Part shown: piece by piece, positions 11,810 through 30,080 of the stretch
Layout of the letters: every line of letters starts with the position of its first letter
Numbering within the stretch: position 1 is the first letter of the stretch
Source of the DNA: Octopus vulgaris
Taxonomy: Eukaryota
Assembly: GCA_951406725.2 (NCBI GenBank)
Contig: OX597840.1
Location: 186,001 to 250,000, forward strand
DNA: 64,000 nucleotides
Direction of reading: 5' to 3'
Notes under the pieces: model-generated
What the model saw: only the letters and a program-made list of their open reading frames with translations
Told to the model about the DNA's origin: nothing
Databases searched by the model: none
Position numbers and translations under genes: made by a program

Positions 11810-12776
11810 CATACATGTGTGTGTATAAATATATGTATATACATATAAATATATAAGTGTATATATAGACTCACACACATCCTGGTGTCGATTCGTTGGA
11901 CTAAAAATTGTTCAGTGCGATGCCCCAGCATGGTCGCCGTCTAATGACTGAAACAAGTAACAGATAAATGATAACAAATTATAAATACGGTTTTCTTAAC
12001 TTTTATGCCGAATAGAAAAATGAAAAACAAATTTTACAGAATGTCAAATGTATGGGGAGGCGCGATTCAGACGAAAAATAACAGAGAAAAACAATAACGA
12101 AAAAGGAGAAGGGTTCAGGTCAGGAAACGGCGTCGGCGTATGCGCTGTCACAGCGCGTCACAGAATCTGCACTGTGTTGGTGATTCCCAGCGGCAGACAT
12201 TTTGCTAGAAACCTGTTGCTAGAAACTGCAGCTAAAATTTTGTTATATCTTACAGCCTGTTGTCTTAGAAAAACAAATAACGGTCACAGATAATATAGTA
12301 TTGGATTCTGTATAAATAGAAAAGACGGGATGGTCATGGCTGGAATATTTTTGATCATATGGCTGTTTGAGCAGTGATGACCCAGGGCTAAACAGCAACA
12401 ATACCAAGATCAGATGCAACAAAGGGTGATAATTATAGAAAGACCCAAAGTGGGGGCCAGAAATAGGAATTGTCTTTGGAAAGGACCCAAAGATGACCAC
12501 CTCTCATCATCCTCTTCTTCCAACGCTGTTTTTCCGGAAGCAAAGGTGGGGAAACTAATGTATACCAAAAGGGGCACGTTTCATTGATTGTAATTGAAAT
12601 AGTAGGCAGAAAGGAGAGAAAGAGGGAGAAAGAGAAGGAGAGAGAAAGAGGAAGAGGAAGAGTATGGAGAAGAGTAGTGAGTAAGGAGACAAAGAGAGAA
12701 ATAAAGAGAGTACGGAGAAAGAGAGAGAAGCGAGACATAGTCAATATGTGCTTACAGAAAAGTTGGTGAACAGAGA

Positions 12777-12874
<98 letters not shown>

Positions 12875-12904
12875 GTATTTATACATATATATTTATGTAT
12901 ATGT

Positions 12905-12977
<73 letters not shown>

Positions 12978-13117
12978 AATGTATGTATATATGTGTGACA
13001 TATACGTATATGTTTATATATGAATATACATACACGCACATACACATTTACATGTATAGAAGTGTGTGAATATATATATGTAAGTGTGCATGTATGTGTA
13101 TACAAAAAGACACATAC

Positions 13118-13161
<44 letters not shown>

Positions 13162-13407
13162 GAGAGAGAGAGAGGAGAAAGAGACAGAGTGTTAATGAGA
13201 GAGAGAGCAAAATACTTGACCGATAGATAAATAGATAGATAGGCAGAGATAGATAGAGATAAATAGAGAGAAAGAGAACTATTTCGATGAATAGATGGCT
13301 GGCAATCTACTTTACGCTTTTTCACGGTTTGCCAAGATTTAAAGCGAATTTCTTTTACTTTCTTCTCTTAAGAAACTGTGTTTTTGTGGCTGCTCTTGTT
13401 GTTGTTG

Positions 13408-13439
<32 letters not shown>

Positions 13440-13450
13440 AGAAGATAGAC

Positions 13451-14045
13451 GGCGAGCTGGCAGAAACGTTAGCACGCCGGGCGAAATGCTTAGCGGTATT
13501 TCGTCTGCCGTTACGTTCTGAGTTCAAATTCAGCCGAGGTCGACTTTGCTTTCATCCTTTCGGGGTCGGTTAAATAAGTACCAGTTACGCACTGGGGTCG
13601 ATGTAATCGACTTAATCCGTTTGTCTGTCCTTGTTTGTCTTCTCTGTGTTTAGCCCCTTGTGGGTAATAAAGAAATAGGTATTTCGTCTGCCGTTACGTT
13701 GTGAGTTCAAATTCCGCCGAGGTCGACTTTGCCTTTCATCCTTTCGGGGTCGATTAAATAAGTACCAGTTAAGCACTGGGGTCGATGTAATCGACTTGAT
13801 CCGTTTGTCTGTCCTTGTTTGTCCCCTCTGTGTTTAGCCCCTTGTTGGTAGTAAAGAAATAAGTATTTCGTCTGCCGCTACGTTCTGAGTCCAAATTCCC
13901 TTGAGGTCGACTTTGCCTTTCATTCTTTCAGGGTCGATAAATTAAGTACCAGTTACGCACTGGGGTCGATGTAATCGACTTAATCCATTTGTCTGTGCTT
14001 GTTTGTCCTCTCTGTGTTTAGCCCCTTGTGGGTAATAAAGAAATA
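13451..14045 (+). mobile_element. SINE family B, one head plus three tandem ~185-bp units, 14-bp TSD
   Basis: TSD GGTAGAAGATAGAC at 13437-13450 and 14046-14059. Units start (G/A)GTATTTCGTCTGCCG and end AAAGAAATA. The central motif CCTTTCATCCTTTCGGGGTCG resembles my recollection of the MetaSINE/MESC domain. Confidence 0.93.
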
Positions 14046-14114
14046 GGTAGAAGATAGACTGAGCAGTTACACACTTAGACCCACTCACAATCACACAAAT
14101 GCCCAGCTCACTTT

Positions 14115-14415
14115 GTAACCACCGGGCTTCTGGTTCAGTTTCAATCTCGCTGCGTGACCCCTCGGTTAAGTGTCTTCTATTACAGCCTCCGAGCCAGCTA
14201 AACGCTTTGTGAGAAAATTTGGTTGGCGGAAACTGTGTGGAAGCCTGTCATATGTTGCTTCCCAACAACATGGTTCCAGGTTCAGTCTTCTAATGTACAA
14301 GATATCTGTCCATGGTCAGTGGCACCCTGGGCAAGTATCTTCTACCATAGCCTCGGGTTGACCAAAGCCCTGGGAGTGAATTTGGTAGACGGAAACTGAA
14401 AGAAGCCCGTTGTAT
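14115..14415 (+). mobile_element. Two degenerate SINE A 5' fragments
   Basis: GGTTCAGT B box; CCCTGGGCAAGTATCTTC...GGTAGACGGAAACTGAAAGAAGCCC. Confidence 0.75.
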
Positions 14416-14927
14416 ATATCGACAGTTGATCATAAAATCAGTATCAATGAGGCCTAATGAATATTTAGTTCTGGAATATCTGACTAATCGAATAATCGAA
14501 TAATTTTGACATTTCATTCTCTTGGAAGTAAGAAATTTGGAGTAAAAAGAATCTTATCGTTATGGCGCCTTTCTGTTATTGCAATTCATAAACTTAAGTT
14601 AACCGCCCACCGCTCTGACAGGTTTCCTCGCCCTCGCTTGACTTTGTTAGGTGGAGTTGATTGCTGCATCGTAAATAATTGCCTCAGCTTTACAAGACTC
14701 AAAAAGACTCTGTGGGAACTCTGATTCTACCAGGATAATGTATCCCCGTTAGATTGAAGGGATATCTTATGGAGAATATCTGCCGAAAGATATTTTATAT
14801 GCTTACTCGTCAAAGATTCTTCTGCTAACAAATTATATACCGATATAAAAGATCACTTGATAAAAATACTTTGAAACTAAGTTATGCATTAAATGTGAAA
14901 ATAAGAATTACAAGAAATACCATCAAA

Positions 14928-15091
14928 GGCGCAGGAGTGGCTGTGTGGTAAGTAGCTTGCTAACAAACCACATGGTTCCGGGTTCAGTCCCACTGTGTGG
15001 CATCTTGGGCAAATGTCTTCTGCTATAACCCGGGCCGACCAATGCCTTGTGAGTGGATTTGGTAGACGGAAACTGAAAGAAGCCTGTCGTA

Positions 15092-15137
<46 letters not shown>

Positions 15138-15365
15138 AATGTATGTTTGTGTGTCTGTGTTTGTCCCCCTAGCATTGCTTGACAACCGATGCTGGTGTGT
15201 TTACGTTCCCCAAACTTAGCGATTCGGCAAAAGAGACCGATAGAATAAGTACTGGGCTTACAAAGAATAAGTCTCGGGGTCGATTTGCTCGACTAAAGGT
15301 GGTGCTCCAGCATGGCCGCAGTCAAATGACTGAAACAAGTAAAAGAGTAAAGAGTAAAGAGTAAA
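14928..15365 (+). mobile_element. SINE family A, full length
   Basis: GGCGCAGGAGTGGCTGTGTGG head; (AAAGAGT)n tail. Confidence 0.93.
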
Positions 15366-16138
15366 CCAACATACGTAAATTGTTCTTAGAATTCTGTTGT
15401 GTCTGGGGAGAATCATTTTCTTTTTGTGCCTTATAATTTAACACACCAGCAAAATTTCCACTTATTTCTTATTTTTATTTTCCTAAAATTTTCGTTGCGT
15501 CTTGCAACCTTTTCAATAGTCTTGACTCTTAGATTTGTTCTTATGGAAACAGAGTTATGTCTAAGAGTCAGTCCTTCCAAGCCGAGGCAATGATATACAA
15601 AGCGGAGTCAATATCCTAAGCACAAAATCAAGAAACTACGAAGTAAATGTGAGGACAAAATGGTGGGCGGTAAATTTAATTAACAAAAATAAAAAAAACC
15701 TACTGATACTACTCTTATTAGGCCTTATTAATAATGACTTTCGGATCAATAATCAATGTAGGAAATTCTTTAATAAAAAATCGAATCTAGTTGCAGTTGT
15801 GCATCAAATGTGAAACTTATAATTGGAAGAAAATTAACAGGGGTACATAACATTTTTGAAAACAAAGCTATACGCTATCAATCAGTGTTAGAAAACCGAA
15901 GCTATTATTTACGGGGCAGAGATCAACTCCAAGTAACAAAGGTGGAGACTTTTAATAAACCTGTCGCGTTGCGGAAATATATTTTAGAGAATGCAGCTAG
16001 AATCACAATATTTTTTTTTAGAGACACTGAAGGATGAAATTCGGCATCAGCTGGAAAATTCTAGAAAGTTGCTCACATTAAAAAAAAAAAAAAAAAACGC
16101 AGGTGTATAAGTTTAACGTTCGGAGAAAATAGAAAAGT

Positions 16139-16175
16139 CTTTTACGTTTCGAACCTACGCTCTTCGACAGAAAGG
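16139..16175 (-). ncRNA. Minimal hammerhead motif (CUGUCGA core variant)
   Basis: Minus strand reads CTTT-CTGTCGA-AGAGCGTAGGTTC-GAAAC-GTA-AAAG; related to the 47031 and 57352 motifs. Confidence 0.6.
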
Positions 16176-16242
16176 AATAAGAGGTAAAAAGGAGAGTAGA
16201 ATCAAAACACAGATATATATATGTGTGTGTGTGTAGTGTAGA

Positions 16243-16313
<71 letters not shown>

Positions 16314-16326
16314 TATATATATATAC

Positions 16327-16358
<32 letters not shown>

Positions 16359-16383
16359 CATATATATAAATATATACATATAT

Positions 16384-16532
<149 letters not shown>

Positions 16533-16583
16533 TGTATGTAGGTGTATGTATGTATGTATGTGTGTGTGTGTGTGTGTGTGTGT

Positions 16584-17050
<467 letters not shown>

Positions 17051-17063
17051 GGAGCTTCTGGAC

Positions 17064-17130
17064 TAGAACTGTTTCATTCAAGAAATCTTCATAGCGCTTC
17101 CTGAAGATTTCTTTGAATGAAACAGTTCTA
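17064..17130. ncRNA. Short head-to-head inverted duplication of a degenerate hammerhead motif
   Basis: 17064-17091 is the reverse complement of 17102-17130. Plus strand reads CTGAAGA-TTTCTTTGAAT-GAAAC-AGTT-CTA (cleavage triplet/stem III altered). Confidence 0.5.
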
Positions 17131-17207
17131 TCTAAGGGCTAGATATAATAAATTAATTTTACCTATGTATTGAGTACCTTACACACACACCCGACATCAC
17201 ACACACC

Positions 17208-17258
<51 letters not shown>

Positions 17259-17271
17259 GTATGTATATATG

Positions 17272-17328
<57 letters not shown>

Positions 17329-17589
17329 GTATATATGTTTATATATATATGTATGTATGTATATATATATATATTTGTATATATATATATAATATATAGA
17401 CACCCACACAATAACTAAGCGAAAAGAATGATGACGAATCATAAAATTACACGTTGCTGCAAATCACTGTTGTTGCTTGAGGGCCGTCTTATTGCTGCTA
17501 CCGCGGCTGCTGCTGCTGAAGCTGTTGTCGTTGTTGTTGTTGATGATGTTGATGTTTTAGATTTATACATTGAGGACGTTGACAGTAAG

Positions 17590-19880
<2,291 letters not shown>

Positions 19881-19887
19881 ACATACA

Positions 19888-19957
<70 letters not shown>

Positions 19958-19962
<5 letters not shown>

Positions 19963-20802
19963 TACGTATGTGGAAATCGGTGTGTGTTTGTTTGTGGCGT
20001 TGTTATCTAAATCCTCCCACATCGGTTTATTGATTTTGATGAAACTTGACACGTGAGTAGATACCTTGTTTGGAAACCTCGTGACATACTTAGATTGTTG
20101 TAATAAATCGATACAATTGCCCCTGTAAGAGACCTTTATATCTACCTCATATAACCAATTTTCTTTAAACGCCTAAGGGAAATAATCCAAACCACCTGCA
20201 GTTTTCAGTGGAGCGATCAATATTTGATTCTTACGATCAGCCGATCTAACTCTGCATTTCACTACTCACAGTTTGGAACTGCTATACACTATCATTGCTT
20301 CGTTCATACATTTCTATACATACATCCTTTTTTGAATGCCCATTACTCTGATAATTCTGCATTTTTGAAGTTACACTTTCTTTATGACAGTAGATAATTT
20401 TTTTGCAAAACATATTTGCCCTGGCTTCATGCAGGCATAGCGTGGATTCGATCCTCGATTGCCAAATTTCACATAACACTTCAACAGCGCTTTTCTCATG
20501 GTAAAACAATAGTTTTTTTCTCTGAACGACAACCCCTCTCGCTAACCTCCGAAAACCTCTCTCGACAACCTCCGACAACCTGTCTAGACAACATCCGACG
20601 ACCTCTCTTGCCAACCTTGGACAACCTCTCTCGCCAACCTCCAGCAATCTATCGCTCCTCTAGCTGACAATTTTTGTACTTTTCCGTGACGGAAAATACA
20701 CCTTTTGTGGCAGTTATAACGAAATTGCTTTCTTATATCAGAGTAATAAGGCGTTTCAATAGAACATCTTTACACCCATGAATTACCGGGTACACCTGCT
20801 AG
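19958..20802 (+). mobile_element. Probable non-autonomous Helitron
   Basis: 3' end ACCCATGAATTACCGGGT (weak hairpin)-ACACCTG-CTAG|T. The 5' part has a GTGT/GTTT tract and GATTTTGATGAAACTTG, as recalled for non-autonomous Helitrons. No TSD; the 5' TC is not clearly seen. Confidence 0.5.
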
Positions 20803-21343
<541 letters not shown>

Positions 21344-21836
21344 GTAATTACATACAAGTGTATACGTATAAAACATATAAATGTATATATATTTAGGACT
21401 TGAAATGTTGGTATTTTTAAAATTTCTTTTTACCGTTATTATTCGTTTTTCCTTTATTTACTGATTCTTATTTTTATTTTGATTGCTGCCTTCCGATATT
21501 TGTCAGTTATTTTGTCTTCTTACACATTCTCGGTTATTTCGGGTTAATTTCGATATTTTTTCGCTATTTTTGACTATTTTCGACTTTGTTTCGTAATGTT
21601 ATTGCTGGAGCTGTTCTTACGTTGCGGTGGACAACATGTTGTAGCGAGAAATAATAAGTATGTGTATATTTGTGCTTGTATATATATATATACATATATG
21701 TGAGTATATATATGTATATATATATATATTTTATATATATTTATATATATATACGTATGTATATATATGTATATATTTATATATATATATATATATGATT
21801 ATATATATATACATATATATATAATTATATATATAT

Positions 21837-21878
<42 letters not shown>

Positions 21879-22045
21879 GTATATATATATATACATATAT
21901 ATTCATGAATATATGTGTATGTCTATACACACACATATATATATATATATATATACAGACACATATATACATATATATATGTATATATATATATACATAT
22001 ATATATATGTGTGTGTATGCAAATGTATATATATATATATGTATA

Positions 22046-22109
<64 letters not shown>

Positions 22110-22162
22110 TGTTATGATATTTAAATAGCAATATCAACATATGCGCGCGATATATGTACATA

Positions 22163-22193
<31 letters not shown>

Positions 22194-22893
22194 CATATAC
22201 ATAATATATATATTATACACACACACGCACGCACACACAAACATATATATAAATTATATATATATATATATATACATACAAGACCATATATATGCATATA
22301 TATATGTACTGTATGTATACGTATGAGTATTTACGAATATATATTTCTCTACACATATAGATATACATATATTTGTAAATACATATATGCATATATCTGT
22401 GTGTGTATGTTTGTGTATATATATATATCTGTGTGTGTATGTGTGTGTGTGTATTTTTTATATACACATAATAACACACACACGTAATGAGATTTTAATA
22501 GCAAACTTTCTGCAAAAGAAGAAACTTGTTTGTAACGTTTGCTGTTTTCTATTTTAAATGGTCAGTGATTAAACATACGAAGAAGCCAAGACACACACAT
22601 ACACAAAAAGAATAAAACTATCAAACAATCAAAAGCTAGAAAACGTTAAAAGAATGTAAAAGAAATAAAATAAGATCCCAAGAAACATAACAAACAAGCA
22701 ACGAAACAAAATGTTTAAATGACAAAAATAACATTATACAAACAAGCGAATGAAATGAAAATACGAAGCAGAAATCTCAACGAAAGTGATCGTCTGCTAA
22801 GGCATACAAAATGTCCGCCGACACCTTCACGAACGATAATTTGATAATATCACACTGTCCCGCTCTTTCGATAGCGCAATATTTAGCGCCTGA

Positions 22894-22939
<46 letters not shown>

Positions 22940-22956
<17 letters not shown>

Positions 22957-23059
22957 TATACGAATGCAATGTATATATATATATATATATATATGTATTT
23001 ATACAATGTTAAGCGCAAGTACATGTATGTATATGTACGTATATTCATGGTTGTCCTAT

Positions 23060-23126
<67 letters not shown>

Positions 23127-23296
23127 TATATATAATATACATAATATATATATATAATATATGTATATATATATATATATCTATATAATATCTATATAAT
23201 ACATATATGTGAATGCAATGTATATATATATATTTATACAATGTTAAGCGCTAGTACATGTATGTATATGTACATATATTCATGATCGTCTTATGG

Positions 23297-23300
<4 letters not shown>
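22940..23300. repeat. Local tandem duplication of a microsatellite-interrupted segment
   Basis: GAATGCAATG...TACAATGTTAAGCGC...TATGGTA occurs at about 22962-23063 and 23211-23299. Confidence 0.8.
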
Positions 23301-23351
<51 letters not shown>

Positions 23352-23474
23352 TTACATATGTATACAAACACGCACATATATGGACATATTGACATTCGAA
23401 TACAAAATTTCTTTTTGTTTACTCTCTCTGGATCCTTTTTTTTCCTACTTCGTCTCTATTTAGAAGTGTATATA

Positions 23475-23546
<72 letters not shown>

Positions 23547-24126
23547 TGAATGTGTATATACATATGCATACATTCCTACATACATAGATATATGTGTGTG
23601 TGTGTCAATCAAACAATCTGTTTGTATACATGTATACACAAACACATACACGTACACACAGACACGCACACACTCTCTCTCACACAGACACTCATACACA
23701 CAGACACATACGCACACTCACACTCACACACACATGCACACGCCCTATTTCTATCTCTCACACTCATATTTACGGCTCCATAATTGTATCCATGGATGTA
23801 TGTATGTATATAAAGACGTAATTCTTCAATGATATTCAAAATAGTTATGACTATTAATATGTTACTCTCTTCAATGTCCGCCATCTTTCTCTCTCTTTCG
23901 CTCCCCCCTCTCTCACACACGTATTTGTCATTTACTCTCTGTCTTTTCTTCTCTCTCTCCCTCTCTCGCTCTCACTCGCTCTTTCTGTCGTTCATTCTCT
24001 GTAATTTTTTTTTATCATTCGATCACACGTTACTTGTTTTAATATCTTTTTTTCTGTCCTTTTGCCCATATATAGCCACACTTTTCCTAAAATGTATTTA
24101 TGGGAAACATGGACCAGTATAGAACT

Positions 24127-24162
<36 letters not shown>

Positions 24163-24222
24163 CACACAAGCATAATACACATAATCATTAATGTCATACG
24201 TCTAAAGTCATTTTTGTCATTT

Positions 24223-24262
<40 letters not shown>

Positions 24263-24275
24263 CATATATATATAC

Positions 24276-24309
<34 letters not shown>

Positions 24310-24400
24310 ATATATATGTATATATATATATATGTGTGTATATATATATACATATATATATATGTATATACATATATATATATATACATATATATATATC

Positions 24401-24454
<54 letters not shown>

Positions 24455-25499
24455 CATATATATATACAGATGCATATACGTACGTAGGTATGGATGTAAC
24501 TATATCTAAATACTACATAGTTTACCTATATAAATAAATATTAAATTTATTATTATTACCCAACATATGAACATCTATTTTATCTGACTCATGAAAACTT
24601 ATTCCATAACTGTACATATTTTATATATGATATATTATGATATATATATATATATATATTATAAATATCTATATGCGTGTATATGTGTAAATATGTATAT
24701 GTATATGTATATGAATGGCGGTGCCCCAGCATGGTCACAGCTCGTGAGCTGAAACTAGATAAGATGTAAAATATAAAAAATATATCTGTGTGTGTATATA
24801 TGTATTTATCAAACGAGCACACGAGGCGCCTATTTGCTAGAAATAGGAGTAAAAAGCCCAGGTAAACCACCAATAACTTTGAAAAATACAGCAGGAAACA
24901 ACAGTATTCGGGTGAATGGGTAAAATCTTTTGACAAACCATCACAGGTAAATGCTATACGTTCTGGCATTTGGATATTCTTGTATCATGATTTCGTGTTC
25001 TGGCAAAAAAAAAAAAATCCATCAATAAATAGCGTGAGCCCTTTTGATAAATATAAATTTTAAATTTATAGCTATCGAACGCTATTTAATACCTGCAACT
25101 ACCTATGTTTTTATCAATTATTAATTCTTACCGCAGATAATAATAACATTATTAATATCTATGTAAGTATTCACATTTGGGCGTTTACTCGTTGTTAATG
25201 TTAACACTGAAGCTGTTCTGATTTTGGCGCAAAACGTTTCAGAACTCTGGCAGACTTAAACATGAGGAGTTTTAATTCTTTTACTTGGTTGATCTTGCTG
25301 ATGAGGTGTCCTATCAAAGAAGAGAAGAACGGAGTAAGTGGAGCATACACGAAAATGAAAAAAGTGTCGCTGAAAATTTCCGGACAAATGGACATGAGTT
25401 AAGATATGAACAGTAATAAATGAGTGAAGAACAAATATATAGTGCGTGTGTTTATTTGGCGAAAAAAATGACCGTCTCGGAATACAACAATATATATAT

Positions 25500-25706
25500 A
25501 TATATATTATATCTTTGACACACGTTGGATATATAAATTAACGATGCGGAGGTTAATCAATGTGTTCACACGACGTTCTTCACGAGACTACCAAAACGTT
25601 CTCTTCCCGACCCCTACCGAACTCTACTCTTTATAAGAGTTCGGTTAATCCATTCTTATAATCCCCCAAGGGTGTCAGTGACTCTCGCTACAACATCTCC
25701 CCCTTT
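25500..25706 (-). mobile_element. Possible LTR retrotransposon 3' LTR remnant with polypurine tract
   Basis: Minus strand AAAGGGGGAGA immediately followed by TGTTGTAGCG (PPT plus TG start); the distal CA end is not clearly identifiable. Confidence 0.45.
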
Positions 25707-25761
25707 GAAATTGACTTCCGTTGGAAGTTAATATTATTTTTATCTATTTATTTTTCTTTCA

Positions 25762-27045
25762 TCATATTTCTTTGGTTGTTAGTTCCTTTTCATGGGTTTT
25801 AATTAGTGAAGATAGAGTTTTCATTATTTTTTGCGGGGTGTAGTTGGTGATTTTTTCATAATGTTGATTGTCATCAAGCAAGGAAATTACAAGATTTTTA
25901 TAGTATGATGTATCCATTATTACAACTGCACTTCCTTTGTCTGCTTCCTTAATGGTTATATCCTCATCATTTTGAAGTTCTATCAGTTCCTTCCATTGTG
26001 TAGTGTTAAAATTTGAGTTAACTGTCTGTTTATGTATAGTATGGTAGGGAAAGTTCTCAATGTGGCTGCAGAACTCATCAGGATCTTTATTTCTTCCTCT
26101 GTGGGATGTGTTCACTTTTGTTCTTGACTAGTGATTCATCTTCAGTATTGAAACTGGTTGATGCTTCTGCTAGTCTTAATTTTCTGCAGAATTCTGTTAT
26201 ATTATCCTTGATTTCATTTAGGTTGGCTCTGCGTGGAGTTGGTGTAAATTTGAGCCCTTTTGAGAGGATGTCAATTTTTATGTTAGAGAGAGGTTTGGTT
26301 GAAAGGTTGATTATCTTCGGTTTTTCCTTATTACTAGGTTCCAGCCTGTGTCCTGGTGTCTCTGGTCCCGGGCTAAAAAATGTTGGGTGTAATTTTGTTT
26401 GTATGAGTTGTCTGTGAGGTTGTGTGATATTTGTTCGGGGGAACGGTGGTATTGTTGCCTCCGATTGTTGTGTGTGTGTGGGAATCTATGGTTGTTTTCG
26501 TTTGTGGTGTGTGTAAAATTTCTGTATGTGAAATATTTTTGTTTCGAATTGCTTGTATGTGGGATGTTGCTTGACATAGTGTTTTTTTGCGTTTGTCTTG
26601 TGTTCGGTGGGGACCAGTAATTTTGGTTCATGGGGTAGTAGCGACTAGTGTGTGGTGTATTTCTTATTCTAGTGTTATTTTGTGCTGTTATGTGGTGGTT
26701 GGGTCTGGTATTAGGATATTGTTGGTGTGTTCTGTTCCTGGTGTAATCTATTTCATAGATGCGTTGTCTGTCAGCTTGTTCCCTGTCTTGCGTGGTTTGG
26801 AAATGTTGGTTGTGGGTGATTTCTGTTTCTAGTGTATGGGGGATAGTTGGGGGTGGTTTGTGGGTTGTTCGGTTTTTCTTTTTTATTTTTTTGTAATTTT
26901 CTTAAGAAAGGGATTATCTGTACCCAATTCATTTTTGAAAATTGACGCATATCTTTGGAAGAAATCGTTGCTTTTTTCCCAGCGTAGGAGATAATTTCTT
27001 TCTTCCTTTTCACAGGTTTCCATCCAATGATTTGATTTCTCACCT
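25762..27045 (-). mobile_element. Penelope-like element, N-terminal region up to the start of RT (decayed, truncated)
   Basis: Translations IINLSTKPLSNIKIDILSKGLKFTPTP and ITIKEADKGSAVVIMD (PLE DKG motif); frameshifted. Confidence 0.88.
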
Positions 27046-27129
27046 ATATATATATATACATATATATATATATACATATTGGTGCGTACATATATACATA
27101 CGAATGTACGAGCGGTACATATATCTTGT

Positions 27130-27480
27130 ATCTTTTACTTATTTCACTCATTAGATGGCAGCCATGCTAGGGCACCGCCTAGAATAATTTTTGTCGACCG
27201 AATCTACTCCAGTACCTATTTTTGTCTAAAACCAGGTTCTTATTCTATCGTTCTCATTTACCGAACTGCTAACTAACAGGGGTGTAAATACATCAATCGG
27301 TGATGCGAGACAAACAAGGACTCTAAGGCAGACAAAAATCGTCCATCAAATTCACTCAAAAGACTTTCGTCGGCCAGAGGCTAATGTAGAAGACACATGT
27401 CCCCCCACGAATGCCACGCAGTAGGACTTGAACCCGGAACCATGTGGCTGAGAAGCAAACTTTTTACCACACAGCCACAT
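27130..27480 (-). mobile_element. Diverged SINE family A
   Basis: GAACCCGGAACCATGTGG...TTACCACACAGCCAC head on the minus strand; tail CCATGCTAGGGCACCGCC. Confidence 0.75.
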
Positions 27481-27524
27481 CTAAACATCATATACATATG
27501 TAGACACACAGACACACACACACA

Positions 27525-27562
<38 letters not shown>

Positions 27563-27682
27563 CATACATATATATATACATACATATGTATACATACATA
27601 CACACATATATATATATATATATTTATATATATATTTATATATTTATACATACATATAAATATATACATACATATATATACA

Positions 27683-27778
<96 letters not shown>

Positions 27779-27911
27779 CATATCTATATATAGAGAGAGG
27801 AAGAGAGAGACAGAGAGAACAGACTAAAGCACTCTTTCTTAAACGAACACACATGAACAAATACATAAGTATGCACGACTACATACACACACACAAACAC
27901 ACACACACACT

Positions 27912-27951
<40 letters not shown>

Positions 27952-28352
27952 CATATACACACAGAAAACTGGTAGTGATGAACATACAAACGCACATTCA
28001 TAGACCGAAGTTCACATATATTTACACGCTAACTTAGACATATATATATGTATACGTGGATATATATAGAGAGACACACACACACACACATACACACACA
28101 CACACACGCATACGCACACACACGCATACACATACACACGCACACGCATATATGCACGCAATCTGAAATAAGACAAGATTAAGGGGAAATACTCAGTTCA
28201 TCCATATGCAATAATTTACCGATGCCAAACTGAGAAATTTTACCAAAAACAGCATTATAATCAGATATTTTCTATCACTGGTTCCTGCAAAATCTGTGGA
28301 ATTATATACCAAACAACCGGACAGTAAGAAACAGAACGATTCATTCAAATAT

Positions 28353-28434
<82 letters not shown>

Positions 28435-28500
28435 TCATTTATGTAAATATATATGTACATATATATATATACACACACACACATATATATATATTATATG

Positions 28501-28558
<58 letters not shown>

Positions 28559-29073
28559 CATTTATGTGAGAATATATATTTATACATAAATACTGATATA
28601 TACACATACTCATGTTACTTATAGATATGTAAGAGATGTATATACTCATTTTACTTATATATATGTAAGAGATGTATATATTTATGTATCTACTTATCTG
28701 TATATATATATATATAAACAAGCGTATGAGCATGTGTGTGTGTGTGTGTAAGCATACTCGTATATGTATTTCTGCTATGTGTTTGTGTATTATTCCTTGT
28801 CTATGATGCATACACAGATAGATACGAAACTATAAGTGTGTCTGTGTGTGTGTGTATGTGTGTGTGTGTATATGTGTGTGACTTTGTGCGTGTGTATAAT
28901 TTTATATGTGTACACATGTATATGTGTATATATATATATATATGTGTATATATATATATGTGTATATATATTCACGCGTATATTCATAGGTATGTGTTTT
29001 ATATTTGAATACACAAATTTGCTTACATAGGAAAATATATATAAGTTTGTATACCGGATAAATATACTGGTAT

Positions 29074-29124
<51 letters not shown>

Positions 29125-29166
29125 CAAAAATAAGCAACAAGAATGACTCCGGTAATTTGGTACAAT

Positions 29167-29210
<44 letters not shown>

Positions 29211-29474
29211 TGTATATATATACAGATATGTATATATATACATATTTATATGTATGCATATGTATATTCATAAAATTGATGCACAAAATACTAGTGTGAA
29301 GTGGTAAAAGAATAAAATAGTTATCTCTCGATATGTATCAATCGGAATAAAGTGTAAAAAAAAAAATCAGAACCAAAGAAATTACAAAAAAATACAAACA
29401 TAGAAGAGGAAACGGAAAAAAAAATGAATAGGAAATATGATCTGCCATTCCAAAGTTGCACCTGTATGCTTATG

Positions 29475-30080
<606 letters not shown>

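Noticed and set aside
14612-14818. Very long hammerhead on the minus strand (TTGACGA...GAAACCTGTC)
   Set aside because: The ~180-nt gap, U3-G8 core and only 3-bp stem I cannot be distinguished from chance.
25298-25360. CTGATGAG...CGAAA hammerhead candidate (and a lone GAAACGTC at about 39771)
   Set aside because: No stem III, cleavage triplet or stem I partner; the 39771 site lacks a core.
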